Shown here: positions 50,383 to 61,527 of the stretch, in pieces
How the letters are laid out: each line of letters starts with the position of its first letter
Position numbering within the stretch: position 1 is the first letter of the stretch
From: Leptogorgia sarmentosa
Lineage: Eukaryota
NCBI GenBank assembly: GCA_964658305.1
Contig: OZ210885.1
Location: 18,538,001-18,602,000 of the forward strand
Direction: 5' to 3'
DNA length: 64,000 nt
Notes under the pieces: generated by a model
What the model was told of the DNA's origin: nothing
Databases searched by the model: none
The model's input: the letters and a program-made list of their open reading frames with translations, nothing else
Made by a program: the position numbers and the translations under genes

Positions 50383-51156
50383 TCACACAGTGTCGGTGAT
50401 CACATCTTCCTCAGGGACCTCAGCTGAATGAGAATCTAGTTCCACAAGAGCAACATCCCCACTCTTGTCTGCTTTATGGTAGTATTTCACCCTCTTTTTT
50501 CTTGGTTGATATGGTGTTCTCCTCTTTTGGTTGGGTCTTCTAACTTTTTGGCTCTGCCAAAGATGAACAACTGTTTTAACATCAAATGACCCAAGTGAAG
50601 GTCCTTCTTCAAGGATTCTAAGAATGTTTGTCAATCAGTGCTCACCTAAAGAACATCTGAAATCATTCTTTACTTAGGCGGGAAAATAGCCGTTCCAGTT
50701 TCGCATTACAAACTGGAGCTGAAAAAAGCAATGTTGTCAACAGAAGAATGTTTTTCCATTTCCCTGAGTAGCAGCAATTAAACAGAAGTTTCCATGTCTT
50801 CTTGTAAGCTGTACTTTGGGGCTAAAGGAAATTAATTCAAGAATATTACTAGAGGTGGTATCCAAAGAGATAGCCTGGAATTTCTCAATAAGTTCAACAA
50901 TCTTGTCATCTGCAAACTCAGCACCATCAACATTGACATATGTCACAGTTCAGTATTTAAAATATTTGCAACAGCATCTAAATGAATAGTGCTAGCTCCT
51001 TCCAATCTGGCATTAATTGCTGACTGCACAGATAAAGTAAACAAGTTCTTAGAAGATTTCACTGTATCTACTGCATTTTCAAAACTGTCAATGGTGAATT
51101 CAATTCCTTGATAGCAGTATGACGATTCTTCCTCGTTTACCTTTCCAAGGAGATAT
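50383..51156 (-). pseudogene. hAT transposase C-terminal (dimerisation) fragment, ZNF862-like
   Basis: FSAPVCNAKLERLFS..RCSL..LTNILRILEEGPSL..VHLWQSQKVRRP. Confidence 0.6.
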
Positions 51157-52485
51157 TTAACCCTTTACTGGGCACATTTTGAAAGACAAGTTGAAAAACA
51201 TTTTTTTTCCCAAAATGCTTTCAAAAGCGATGGTAAAACAACATAAAATTTAAAAAAATGTTGGAACAGGGTGGCAAGACATTTTTGTTTAATTGTTGCA
51301 ATATGGCAACACTGCCCATTTAGGGGTATAATTCTGGTGAAATTTCTGTCTAAACATGGGGCTTCTTCGGATGGGTTGAACCAAGTTTTTTTCAGGAGAC
51401 ATGGAAACCCTACTAGCAAATGAAGTAAATAAATTTTGTAGCTCTTCCATTTATTCTAGTTGGTAGATTCTAGTTGGTAGTCCTTTCTACGGGGGGGGGG
51501 CATGTGTTGGAAGGCTGAATGATCAGTGCTATTGTACAGGACTTACTCACTTTGTTAGTAGATAGTTTCAAAATAGTTCTATGCAATATATTTCTTACAG
51601 TACGAAGATGTTTTTACAGGACAAACATAACAATACTAAAATAGTAATATAATAGTAATAATAATACATTTATAATCAATATTTCTGATTTTTATATTTT
51701 GGAAAAAAACACTTTCTATGTACAAGAGCTAATAATGTTCTATAAAGTATTGTTCATGTTCAACAAGTGTGAAATTCTCTAAAACAATTTCTTGCAGTAG
51801 TAAGACACAAGCAAACATTGCACTTGTCACAATATGTTCTGCTGAATCCTGTCTTACAATGGCGACAACAGTTCTTGGCTTTGAACTCTGGCCAGTGATG
51901 TGTTGAATCAAGACGTACACTCTTGACAGGCAAAGGCATGTCAGGCTTTCTTCCTCTCTTCTCTGGCAGAAATTTGAACGGCAGCCAGCTTTCCTCTTTG
52001 TGGCAGGTTTTCCACACTTGATAAGGCTTTCGGAAATTTCCAAAGAAAATTTCAGTAGTGGCAGCTGTTTCTTTTAGGACTTTGCCAAGATCACAGTGAC
52101 GTCAATATAAAAGCCAAGCATTGACTTTAGCAATATCCACGCAATGGAAAAGGACTTTAAGGTACCACCTTTTGGACTTAATTTTTGTCCGGTACAGAGA
52201 AATCAGCATATCTGCTAAATCAACACCGCCCATTGACTCGTTGTACAGATACAACATATCAGGGCACTTGACATCAATATTCTTCTTGGCTTTACCATCC
52301 CATCTCTTTACAGTGTTCGATGCCTTGACACCAGCATATGTTGATGGCACTTGAACACACTTGTTGTCCAACCATTGGACAATATGAAGCTGTGAAGCAT
52401 CATCAGTTCTCTAGTCAAAGGTTCCTCGACCTGTCTGCTTCAATGCTTTCTCACCTTTCAATGGGCACCCAACCTCGTACCCAGG

Positions 52486-52697
52486 TGTAGTGGCCAAATT
52501 TAAGACAATTATGCAAATTAATAGAATTAGTTATTCAAAGTTTTAGTTAGTCTTCGTGAGCAGACGGGCAATGGTTCTCAACCCGTCTCTCTTAGTTATA
52601 GTTATAATATTAAAGGGAAATAAAGATTTAATAACGATAAAACGGTGTTTGGAATAAGATCACAGCTGCTCACCAAGATGTTACCTACGCAGTAACA
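52486..52697 (+). repeat. 5' LTR
   Basis: TGTAGTGG...AGTAACA; AATAAA at 52619-52624. Confidence 0.97.
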
Positions 52698-52699
52698 AA

Positions 52700-52709
52700 G
52701 TTGAGAACC
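52700..52709 (+). promoter_or_regulatory. Non-canonical primer-binding site candidate GTTGAGAACC
   Basis: Lies 2 nt after the 5' LTR, has no TGG, and is the exact reverse complement of LTR 52573-52582. Confidence 0.5.
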
Positions 52710-52822
52710 TTTCGTTAAGAGTTATATACAACGTTGCTGAAATGGGTGTATGTGATGTGCATTTGCTCATGGTTTGAATCGTAGGCGGTAGGAATCAGTG
52801 AAGGGAATTTTTGATATTTAGT

Positions 52823-55800
52823 ATGAGTGGAGAGGGCGATATGTCTCATGGTAAAGGCCTCGACGATAAAGGGGATACAAGGGCGACTACTTCGGAAACA
52901 TCAAGCGGTAAAAGACGGAGAACGTTAACAGAAAAGGGTAAACATTTGTTGCTAGCGCAGTTAAAGGGTAAAAGACAAACTTTAGTTGCTCAAATAACCA
53001 CGAAATCAAATAAAATAAACACGTTGTTTGAAAGCTATGGGAATATCGACGTTGTTAGGAAAGATTTAATTGAGTGGGACGTAATTCACAATAAGTTTAT
53101 TGAAGCGCATCGTCAGTATTATTCACAGTTATCAGAAGAATTGAAAGGAATTGATAATTCCGGTTGGTTTGAACCTAAAGAGACAAAATGTCGGGAATTT
53201 AAATTGCGTGCCGAACAATGGCTATTACAAGCAGCACAATATATTGATCAAAAGCGTGTTGATGAAGCAGTAGGTCCAAATGACAGCGTGTCTCAAGCGA
53301 GCTCAAGGCGAAGTTCAAGATCAAGATTTAGTTTAAGATCACATGCAAGTTCTATTTCCTCTGCGAGAGTAAGGGAAGAAGCAAAAAGGGCTGAGTTACT
53401 TGCACGGTCAGCGTTATTAAAGCAAAAACAAGCTTTAGACGATGAAGAACTTCGTGTAAGTCGAATGAAAGAGGAGTTTCAATTGCAATCGGAAATGGCG
53501 ATATCAGATGCAAGGGTCAAGGTGTATGAAAGATTTGAAGAAGAAAGTGTTGGGCAACGACAATCACTCGTTGGTGGGGATAAAGGGTCAGAGCAGAATT
53601 TAAATAAAGATGCTGTCTTGAGCCGTCCATCGGAGGAGTTAGTAGACACGGATAGTCAGCATGCGCAAGGACAAGATGTATTCGAGCCATTGATACTTCC
53701 TGAACCGCCAAAGAAGTCCATTGGTCACGTGAGGGTGTCCTCTGAGCCAGCAAATAAAAAATGTGATTATTCTTTGTCACGACAATCGATGGAACACGAA
53801 TTTTCTAAAGTTTTGGAACAACAAAACCAAATTACGTTGAAATTAGTTGATCAGCAACTTAAGTCAAGTCTACCGCCAAGGAAAATAGATGTGTTTGATG
53901 GTAATCCACTGAACTATAATGTGTTCATTAAGTCGTTCGAACAGACTATTGAAGAGAAAACAATAAACAATAAAGATCGGATTTACTTCTTGGAGCAGTT
54001 CACCAGTGGTGAGGCTAATTCTCTAATACGCAGTTGTATGTATCATGATAGTGAAGAAAGCTATTTGAAAGCTAAAAGGCTATTAAAGGATCGGTTTGGC
54101 AATCCTGAAAGAGTTACAGCTGCTTACGTTAACAAAGCATTGAAATGGCCAAATATTCCATCAGAAGATGCTGCTGCATTGAATCAGTATTCGTTGTTTT
54201 TGCTTGAGTGTATGAACACACTAAATGATCTGCACTATACAAATGAAATGGAACATTCCATGTCAATGAAAGTAATCGTGTCCAAGCTTCCGTTTAAGCT
54301 TCGTTCAAAATGGAGAGATACAGCTTACAAGATCCAGAAATCAACTGGAGCAAGAGTCAAACTCGCTGATTTAACAACTTTCATTGAGGAACAATCGGAT
54401 ATTCTCAACAACTCACCCTTTCGAGATATTCTGGATGGTGTAAAACCTTCTGCTAGGACTAAAGGCAAACGTGAGAATATTAATGGACAGCATCAACGTA
54501 ACTTTGCCACTAAAGCTACAAATGAAGATGGTTCTTCCAGTAATGGCGACGCTTCAACGAAAAGATCTGAAACCTTGAAGAAGGATGCATCTACGAGCAC
54601 ATTTCAACAGAACAGCGCCCATGAACAGCCCTGCGTGTATTGCAAGGGTGACCATGTTTTGGATGCTTGCAAGCGTCTTTGTCATAGATCCTTCGAAGAA
54701 AAGTTAAGATTCCTGCGACCACGAGGAATTTGTTTTGGCTGTTTGAAGACTGGACATATGAAGCGTGATTGTAATCAAAGGCTGAGTTGTAACATATGTA
54801 AAGAATCGCACCCTACAGTTTTCCATAATCATAAAAGAAAGGAGACTGGACAGAAGGATAACAGTAATGAGGACGACAAGGATAACCAGCAAAGTAAAGG
54901 GACAAACCAAAGTAATAAAGTTTGCGGGTTTATTGGGGCCGGCAACTTTGAGGGAACAATGTCGATTGTACCTGTGAAAGTAAAGTTGAAAGGTGAAAAT
55001 CAATGTATGTATACCTATGCATTTTTGGACAATGGGAGTTCAGCTACGTTCTGCACGGAGAGTCTAATGAGGAAATTGCATGCTAAAGGAAGAAAATCCA
55101 AAATCTCGTTGCGCACCATGGGTGATGACCGGATTGTAGATACTTACATCGTGCGTGGCATACAGATTTGTGGTATAGATAGCAAGAATATGATTGAACT
55201 GCCAAACACGTTCACACAAAGAGAAATTCCTGTCTCGAAGGAAGATATCGTTCATCAGAATGAAATCGAAAGTTGGCCGCATTTGAAGGATGTACATCTC
55301 CCATCGCTTGATTCAGACATCGAGTTGTTAATTGGGAACAACTGCGTCGAAGCCATGGAACCGTGGGAGATAATCAATAGTGAAAACAATGGGCCTTACG
55401 CGATCAAAACAGCATTAGGCTGGACGTTGAACGGTATTAAAAGAAATGTTCAGAAGAGAGATAATTCTATAATTGAGACTTGCGTGAATCGGACAAGTGT
55501 TGTATCAGAGGACCAGTTAAAGAAGCAACTAGTTCAGCAGTTCAATTACGAGTTCAACGAGCGAATGGCAGACGAAAGGTTAGAAAATTCCTCAGAAGAT
55601 AATCTATTTCTGCAGTTGGTGTCTAGTACAGTTAAACGAAGTGAAGGTCATTATGAAATTGGTCTGCCTTTTAAAACGTCGTCATTACGTTTGCCCAATA
55701 ATAAGAAGCAAGCACAACATCGTGCCTTGCAAATACAGAGAAAATTGGAACGAAATCTCAAGCTTCACAAAGATTACACCAAATTTATGGAGGATCTCAT

Positions 55801-58800
55801 TGACCAAGGTTATGACCGTAAAGTTCCACAAGAGCAGTTAAATCGCGATGATGGAAGACTGTGGTACATTCCACACCACGCAGTGTATCATCCCCACAAG
55901 CCAGATAAGGTTCGCGTGGTTTTTGACTGTTCGTGCAGATTCCAAGGAACTTCTTTGAACGATAAGTTGTTATCCGGTCCTAACCTTACTAGTACTCTCG
56001 TGGGTGTCCTCCTTAGATTTAGAGAAGAAGAGGTGGCTCTTATGGCGGATGTTGAGAGCATGTTTCACCAAGTGAGAGTACCTTCAGAAGATTATGATGT
56101 TCTTAGATTTCTTTGGTGGCCAAACGGTGATACAAGCAAAGAATTGGTTGAATACCAAATGACTGTTCATATATTTGGTGCCGTGTCGTCACCTAGCTGT
56201 GCTAATTATGCTCTGAAGATGATTGTAGAGGATCAGAAAGGCAATTTTGACCATGACGTTTTGGAGACTATTCGAAACAATTTCTACGTTGATGACTGTT
56301 TGAAGTCAGTGCCTTCAACGGAAGAGGCCATTAAGTTGGCAAGCGACTTAAGTGCTGCATGTAAGATGGGCGGATTTCATCTGACGAAATGGACTAGTAA
56401 CAGTCGAGAAGTGTTAGAGTCCATTCCAGGAAGTGAACTATCGAAAGGAATTAAGAATTTAGATCTTTTGAACGATGAATTGCCGGTTGAAAGAGCTCTT
56501 GGTATGGAGTGGTGCGTACAAACTGATAAATTTAAGTTCCGTTCCACCGATAAGAATAAATTATCTTCACGAAGAGGTATTTTGGCAATCGTCAGCGCAA
56601 TCTACGATCCATTAGGAATAGTTTCTCCATTTGTTCTTAGAGCCAAGATCCTGTTGCAGAATTTGTGTCGTCTTAAGCTGGGCTGGGATGATTTGATTCC
56701 TCATGAGCATTTGTCTATATGGCGAAGATGGCTATCAGAACTATCTAGCTTGTCAGATGTATCTATTGATCGCTGTGTTAAACCAAAGAATTTTGGAGAA
56801 ATACAATCTATCGAAGTTCATCATTTTGCCGATGCAAGTGAAGTGGGCTATGGTGTTGTGTCCTACGTACGTTTGGTAAATGTTGATAGAAAGATTCATG
56901 TTTCGTTCCTTCTGGGTAAGTCACGAGTGGCTCCATTGAAGCAGACGTCTATTCCGAGAATGGAGTTGACCGCAGCAACTGTGGCCGTTCGTGTGAATGC
57001 AATGATACTCAGAGAAATGCAGATGAAGATTGATAGAATATTTTATTGGACGGACAGTATGACGGTGTTGCGTTATATTGCAAATGAAACCGCGAGGTTT
57101 CATACCTTCGTTGCAAATCGTTTGGTGGTAATTAAGGATGGGTCAAATCCTGATCAATGGAAATATATTGCCAGTGAGTTAAATCCTGCTGATGATGCCT
57201 CGCGAGGAAAATGGATTCAGTCATTTAAAAATGATGACAAGTGGCTAAATGGACCCAGTTTCTTGTGGAAGTCTATGGATGAATGGCCCAGCGAATTGTC
57301 AATCGATCAAGAGATGCCCGATGATGATCCAGAAATAAAGAATGAAGCGAGAATAAATACAGTGTGCGTCGAAGATTGTATGACTACGGTCAACAACCTT
57401 ATAACATATTTTTCGAGTTGGAAAAAGCTTAAAAGATGCACCGCCTGGATCTTAAGATTGAAGCGAATCCTTCAAAGAAAATTGACAAGTCGCAAAGTAC
57501 AGACGAGGAGCAGTTGTAACCAAAGAATTAACACTATTCTTTCGCTAAAGGAGTTGGAGGAATCAGAATCAGCTCTTTTAGCTTTCGTGCAATATCAGTT
57601 CTTTCAAGATGAAATAGAAAGTCTTGGAATGGGTGAAGAAGTAAATCATGAAGCACGTAGCAGTAGGAAGCAGTCCTTTGTAAAGAAGTCGAGTCCTTTA
57701 CGAAAACTAGATCCAATTTTGAAAAACGGCTTGTTGTGTGTTGGTGGGCGCCTTAGTCGTGCGAATACAATTTCAGAAGAACTTAAACATCCTATCATCG
57801 TACCTCGGAAGTCTCATATAGCAAAATTGATAATTCGTGAAAGGCACGAACTACTTGGTCATACTGGAAGAAACCATGTACTTTCCATTCTACGTCAACG
57901 TTATTGGATTCTGAAAGGAAATGCGGCTGTAAGAGAAGTATTAAGCAAGTGCGTCAGTTGTAGGCGATATCGTGCCAAGGGAGAAGAACAGAAAATGGCG
58001 GAGCTGCCAGTCGATAGAATAACTCCAGACGAACCACCCTTTACTCGTGTAGGAGTAGATCTGTTTGGTCCAATTGAAGTTAAAAGAGGACGAACTATAG
58101 TTAAACGTTATGGTGTTATTTTCACCTGCCTAATTATTAGAGCCGTTCATATAGAAGTTGCATTCAGTTTGGACACTGACTCCTTTATAAATGCTCTACG
58201 TCGGTTTCTATCAAGAAGAGGTCAAATCAAGGTAATCTACTCTGACAATGGCACAAACATTGTGGGGGCAGAAAGAGAAATCAGAAACTATATAAACAAT
58301 TGGAATCAGTCCAAAATTGGAGGCCTCTTAACGCAGAAGGGAATTGAATGGCAATTTAATCCTCCAACAGCCTCACATTATGGAGGCGTATGGGAGCGTC
58401 AAATTCGGACAATTCGTAAGATATTGTACGGTCTGTTGAAGGAGCAATCGCTTACCGATGAAAGTTTACAAACGCTGCTTTGTGAAGTGGAATCTATAGT
58501 AAATGGACGACCAATTACTCAAGTATCTAGTGATCCAAACGATCTAGAAGTCCTGACACCTAATCATTTGTTATTATTGAAAAGCAAGCCAATGTTACCT
58601 CCTGGACATTTCAAGAGAGAAGAAATGTATGGAAGACGAAGGTGGCGCCAGGTGCAGTATTTAGCAGATATTTTTTGGAAACGATGGCTCCGAGAATATT
58701 TGCCTTTGCTTCAAGAACGTCAAAGGTGGCTGAGACCCAAGCGAAGTCTACAAGTCGGGGACATTGTATTATTGATAGAACCTACTTTACCGCGTAATTC

Positions 58801-58942
58801 CTGGCGTTTAGGAAAGATAACAAATGTATACCCAGACAAGAATAGATTGGTTCGAAGTGTCGAAGTTAAGACGAAAACTGGTACATTGTACAGACCAGTG
58901 GCAAAGCTTTGTTTGCTTGTCGAAGCTGAGGAAAACGTTTAG
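52823..58942 (+). CDS. BEL/Pao gag-pol polyprotein (gag Zn knuckles, protease, RT, RNase H, integrase)
   Basis: Uninterrupted frame (first ATG at 52823): three Cys/His knuckles, FLDNGS, RVVFD, YVDD, FADAS, WTDS, NPADDASRG, HHCC and the DDE motifs DLFGP, SDNGTN, GGVWER. Confidence 0.97.
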   Translation: MSGEGDMSHGKGLDDKGDTRATTSETSSGKRRRTLTEKGKHLLLAQLKGKRQTLVAQITTKSNKINTLFESYGNIDVVRKDLIEWDVIHNKFIEAHRQYYSQLSEELKGIDNSGWFEPKETKCREFKLRAEQWLLQAAQYIDQKRVDEAVGPNDSVSQASSRRSSRSRFSLRSHASSISSARVREEAKRAELLARSALLKQKQALDDEELRVSRMKEEFQLQSEMAISDARVKVYERFEEESVGQRQSLVGGDKGSEQNLNKDAVLSRPSEELVDTDSQHAQGQDVFEPLILPEPPKKSIGHVRVSSEPANKKCDYSLSRQSMEHEFSKVLEQQNQITLKLVDQQLKSSLPPRKIDVFDGNPLNYNVFIKSFEQTIEEKTINNKDRIYFLEQFTSGEANSLIRSCMYHDSEESYLKAKRLLKDRFGNPERVTAAYVNKALKWPNIPSEDAAALNQYSLFLLECMNTLNDLHYTNEMEHSMSMKVIVSKLPFKLRSKWRDTAYKIQKSTGARVKLADLTTFIEEQSDILNNSPFRDILDGVKPSARTKGKRENINGQHQRNFATKATNEDGSSSNGDASTKRSETLKKDASTSTFQQNSAHEQPCVYCKGDHVLDACKRLCHRSFEEKLRFLRPRGICFGCLKTGHMKRDCNQRLSCNICKESHPTVFHNHKRKETGQKDNSNEDDKDNQQSKGTNQSNKVCGFIGAGNFEGTMSIVPVKVKLKGENQCMYTYAFLDNGSSATFCTESLMRKLHAKGRKSKISLRTMGDDRIVDTYIVRGIQICGIDSKNMIELPNTFTQREIPVSKEDIVHQNEIESWPHLKDVHLPSLDSDIELLIGNNCVEAMEPWEIINSENNGPYAIKTALGWTLNGIKRNVQKRDNSIIETCVNRTSVVSEDQLKKQLVQQFNYEFNERMADERLENSSEDNLFLQLVSSTVKRSEGHYEIGLPFKTSSLRLPNNKKQAQHRALQIQRKLERNLKLHKDYTKFMEDLIDQGYDRKVPQEQLNRDDGRLWYIPHHAVYHPHKPDKVRVVFDCSCRFQGTSLNDKLLSGPNLTSTLVGVLLRFREEEVALMADVESMFHQVRVPSEDYDVLRFLWWPNGDTSKELVEYQMTVHIFGAVSSPSCANYALKMIVEDQKGNFDHDVLETIRNNFYVDDCLKSVPSTEEAIKLASDLSAACKMGGFHLTKWTSNSREVLESIPGSELSKGIKNLDLLNDELPVERALGMEWCVQTDKFKFRSTDKNKLSSRRGILAIVSAIYDPLGIVSPFVLRAKILLQNLCRLKLGWDDLIPHEHLSIWRRWLSELSSLSDVSIDRCVKPKNFGEIQSIEVHHFADASEVGYGVVSYVRLVNVDRKIHVSFLLGKSRVAPLKQTSIPRMELTAATVAVRVNAMILREMQMKIDRIFYWTDSMTVLRYIANETARFHTFVANRLVVIKDGSNPDQWKYIASELNPADDASRGKWIQSFKNDDKWLNGPSFLWKSMDEWPSELSIDQEMPDDDPEIKNEARINTVCVEDCMTTVNNLITYFSSWKKLKRCTAWILRLKRILQRKLTSRKVQTRSSCNQRINTILSLKELEESESALLAFVQYQFFQDEIESLGMGEEVNHEARSSRKQSFVKKSSPLRKLDPILKNGLLCVGGRLSRANTISEELKHPIIVPRKSHIAKLIIRERHELLGHTGRNHVLSILRQRYWILKGNAAVREVLSKCVSCRRYRAKGEEQKMAELPVDRITPDEPPFTRVGVDLFGPIEVKRGRTIVKRYGVIFTCLIIRAVHIEVAFSLDTDSFINALRRFLSRRGQIKVIYSDNGTNIVGAEREIRNYINNWNQSKIGGLLTQKGIEWQFNPPTASHYGGVWERQIRTIRKILYGLLKEQSLTDESLQTLLCEVESIVNGRPITQVSSDPNDLEVLTPNHLLLLKSKPMLPPGHFKREEMYGRRRWRQVQYLADIFWKRWLREYLPLLQERQRWLRPKRSLQVGDIVLLIEPTLPRNSWRLGKITNVYPDKNRLVRSVEVKTKTGTLYRPVAKLCLLVEAEENV

Positions 58943-59107
58943 AATTTAGGATAAATAATTATTGTATATATTAAACATTTTATTATATAAAGAAAAACAA
59001 CAAAAAAATAGTACATTAGGTCTAGTATTGAACTGTCTTGATCATAAGGGATGCACATGTGTCATAAATTTGGCATATGTAAATTTAGGAATAATTGTTT
59101 GATGTAC

Positions 59108-59122
59108 AATTAGGGGCCGGTA
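59108..59122 (+). promoter_or_regulatory. Polypurine tract
   Basis: AATTAGGGGCCGGTA immediately 5' of the 3' LTR. Confidence 0.7.
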
Positions 59123-59334
59123 TGTAGTGGCCAAATTTAAGACAATTATGCAAATTAATAGAATTAGTTATTCAAAGTTTTAGTTAGTCTTCGTGAGCAG
59201 ACGGGCAATGGTTCTCAACCCGTCTCTCTTAGTTATAGTTATAATATTAAAGGGAAATAAAGATTTAATAACGATAAAACGGTGTTTGGAATAAGATCAC
59301 AGCTGCTCACCAAGATGTTACCTACGCAGTAACA
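59123..59334 (+). repeat. 3' LTR
   Basis: Identical to 52486-52697. Confidence 0.97.
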
Positions 59335-60587
59335 CCAGGGCTTATTGGCTTCTCAGCGAAGTTATAAGCCCTGGCGCAAGCCAAAGCGGAAGTGATTTGA
59401 GAAGCCAATAGGCCCTGGGTATGAGGTTGGCAAACACCCAGATTTGTGGTGTTCCGGTTTGGATTGCGCCAGGGCTTATAACTTCGCCGAGAAGCCAATA
59501 AGCCCTGGGTACGAGGTTGATGGGCACCCAGCAAGCCGATTCTTGCGAATAGTAGCAACAGTGAGATAACCTTGTGACTTCAGTTCCAACATCAAATCCA
59601 GTGTGGTAAACCAGTTGTCAAAAAATACAAGAATTGCAATTTTTCGGCAAACTTTTGCAAAGTTGCAGCACCACCGACTCTGAAGTGCACTTCTCTTGGC
59701 TAGTACTTTTTGCTCCGGCATAAATAAAGAAGTCATACATGATACCACTTTTATCAGCTCAAACAAAATTTTTGAACCCCCACCTTGTTGGCTTCTTTGG
59801 GTTGTACTGTCGGATGCCACTGTACTTTGTCTTGGCTGGGATAATTTGCTCATCTACGGAGTGGCAAGTCTCAGGCTCCAACTTTTGGCAGTTCTGTCTA
59901 ACTCCCACAATAACTTTGTTGCCAGGCTCATCCTTCTTCGAATTGTCATTCACATGCAGGAATTGTCGAAGCTTTTTGTATCTCTTGACAGGCATAACTG
60001 ATGCAATTGGCTCATATTGAGTTCCATTTTCCCAATAAAGTGCATAATTTGGCATTTTGATGATTCCCATTTTCATTTGCATACCAATAATCATTTCAAT
60101 TTCATCTTTTGTGGTGGAAATGCTGCTACCTAGTTGTTGGACACTATATAAATTTGTCTGTTCAACAATATTTTCAGTGATACAATCATCCCAAAACATC
60201 TTGAAATATGAAAGAATTTCTCATCCACATTTTCTGGTAGCGTAAATTCTGCACCCGAAAAGGATACATCTGCTACTTCTGGCTCTTTTTTCTTCCACTC
60301 GAAGGCACGTTTGGGGTCTTTCTTTTGAGCTGTCACTTCTTCATTGTCAGTACTGTCATCATCTTCTTCCTCAACACAATTATCTTCAACATTAGTATCT
60401 TCAACATCTTCTGGCAATGCTGTTTCATCTATGTAATAATCATCATCATCGTCTTCTAGTCCAGAAAATCTGAACCTGGATCCAAAATATATTGAATTGC
60501 TTCTTCAGGAGAATACCATATTCTTGTTCGCTTTTCCATCAGCCATTAATTATCTAAGAACAAAATCACAATATAAATATATATATA

Positions 60588-60706
60588 CGATAAAGTTTTG
60601 GTTAACGAAATGCCAAAAGAGTGCTCAATACCATATAGATAGAGCAAATAGTATAGTTTTGCCTCAAAAAGGTGCCACTACAGCCTGTTTCATCCAAGAG
60701 GAATTA
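60588..60706 (-). mobile_element. PLE pLTR/extension fragment in a TA-rich site
   Basis: Near-identical to 31260-31360; includes the 3' half of the hammerhead and the bulged hairpin. Confidence 0.75.
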
Positions 60707-60716
60707 TATATATATA

Positions 60717-61527
60717 CAGGGTGTCTCAAAAAAAACGCAATCCTACGTTCAAATGCAATTTTCATAACGAAAAGAAATAGAAAATAGGCTATATTTACCA
60801 CCGTTAGAAAGCTCTATCATTCTGCTTTCTTAAGACTGCTTGTTTGTTAAATTTGAGTTGGAAATGAGCGAGTAATGTTATTTTTAGTATGTGTGATTGG
60901 ACAATTTAAAATTTGAGATAGCTTGAATTTTATTAAAAATTTAACTTAGTTGGTTACAATCATTCGACGTGGCCGGCATTTCTCAGCACACACAAATCAC
61001 TTCGACGTTGCATTTCCCGTGCAACTCTTCTTATTAGTTCATGATTTCCATGTAAAGCATCTGCTTCAAGCTGTATCTGCCGGTATTTACGTACGTTACG
61101 CCAAACGGTCGTCGAATTTGGGACTTGTCGATCCGGGAAAGCTATTCGAAACAATCTTAAAACTTCCTGAATACTTTTTGTTACCAAGTAACCTTCAACA
61201 ATAAAGTTCTTTCTGCTGTAGTGAGCTGTAGCATGATGCCTAAGACTTTAAAATTATTTTGCGAAAATATTTCAAACAAAATATTCGCATGTAACGATAA
61301 CGTCCCCTTCGGAATTAAGAACGTCGAATTTGAAGCATCTAAAAATGACTGCTTGCAGTGAATCACTTATTTTGAAGTCCTAAATGGCCTAAAAAGTCAC
61401 AATCGACCACTTATTGAGTAGAAAAACGATGGGGCTAAAACATGAACTAAAAGTTAAGACATGGAAATCTATATTATTTTGGTTATAAAGCCTTAAACTT
61501 GGATTGCGCTTTTTTTGATACACCCTG
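60717..61527 (-). mobile_element. Internally deleted Tc1/mariner element (811 bp)
   Basis: TIRs CAGGGTGTCTCAAAAAAAACGCAATCC / GGATTGCGCTTTTTTTGATACACCCTG with TA flanks. An N-terminal HTH remnant is fused to the C-terminus (RRSDLCVLRNAGHVE). Confidence 0.85.

Larger units (their letters stand above)
52486..59334 (+). mobile_element. Intact BEL/Pao LTR retrotransposon
   Basis: TG...CA LTRs of 212 bp, identical by inspection; 5-bp TSD CCAGG (52481-52485, 59335-59339); single gag-pol ORF; polypurine tract. Confidence 0.97.
52470..59519. mobile_element. MITE (CAACCTCGTACCCAGGG ends, ~200 bp without its insert) with 9-bp TSD
   Basis: TSD ATGGGCACC at 52461-52469 and 59520-59528. Removing the MITE restores the piggyBac peptide LAGCPLK. 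The 9-bp TSD suggests Mutator-type mobilisation. Confidence 0.8.

Noticed and set aside
53517..57716. Short antisense and alternate-frame ORFs inside the BEL polyprotein
   Set aside because: They are shadow ORFs with no motifs.
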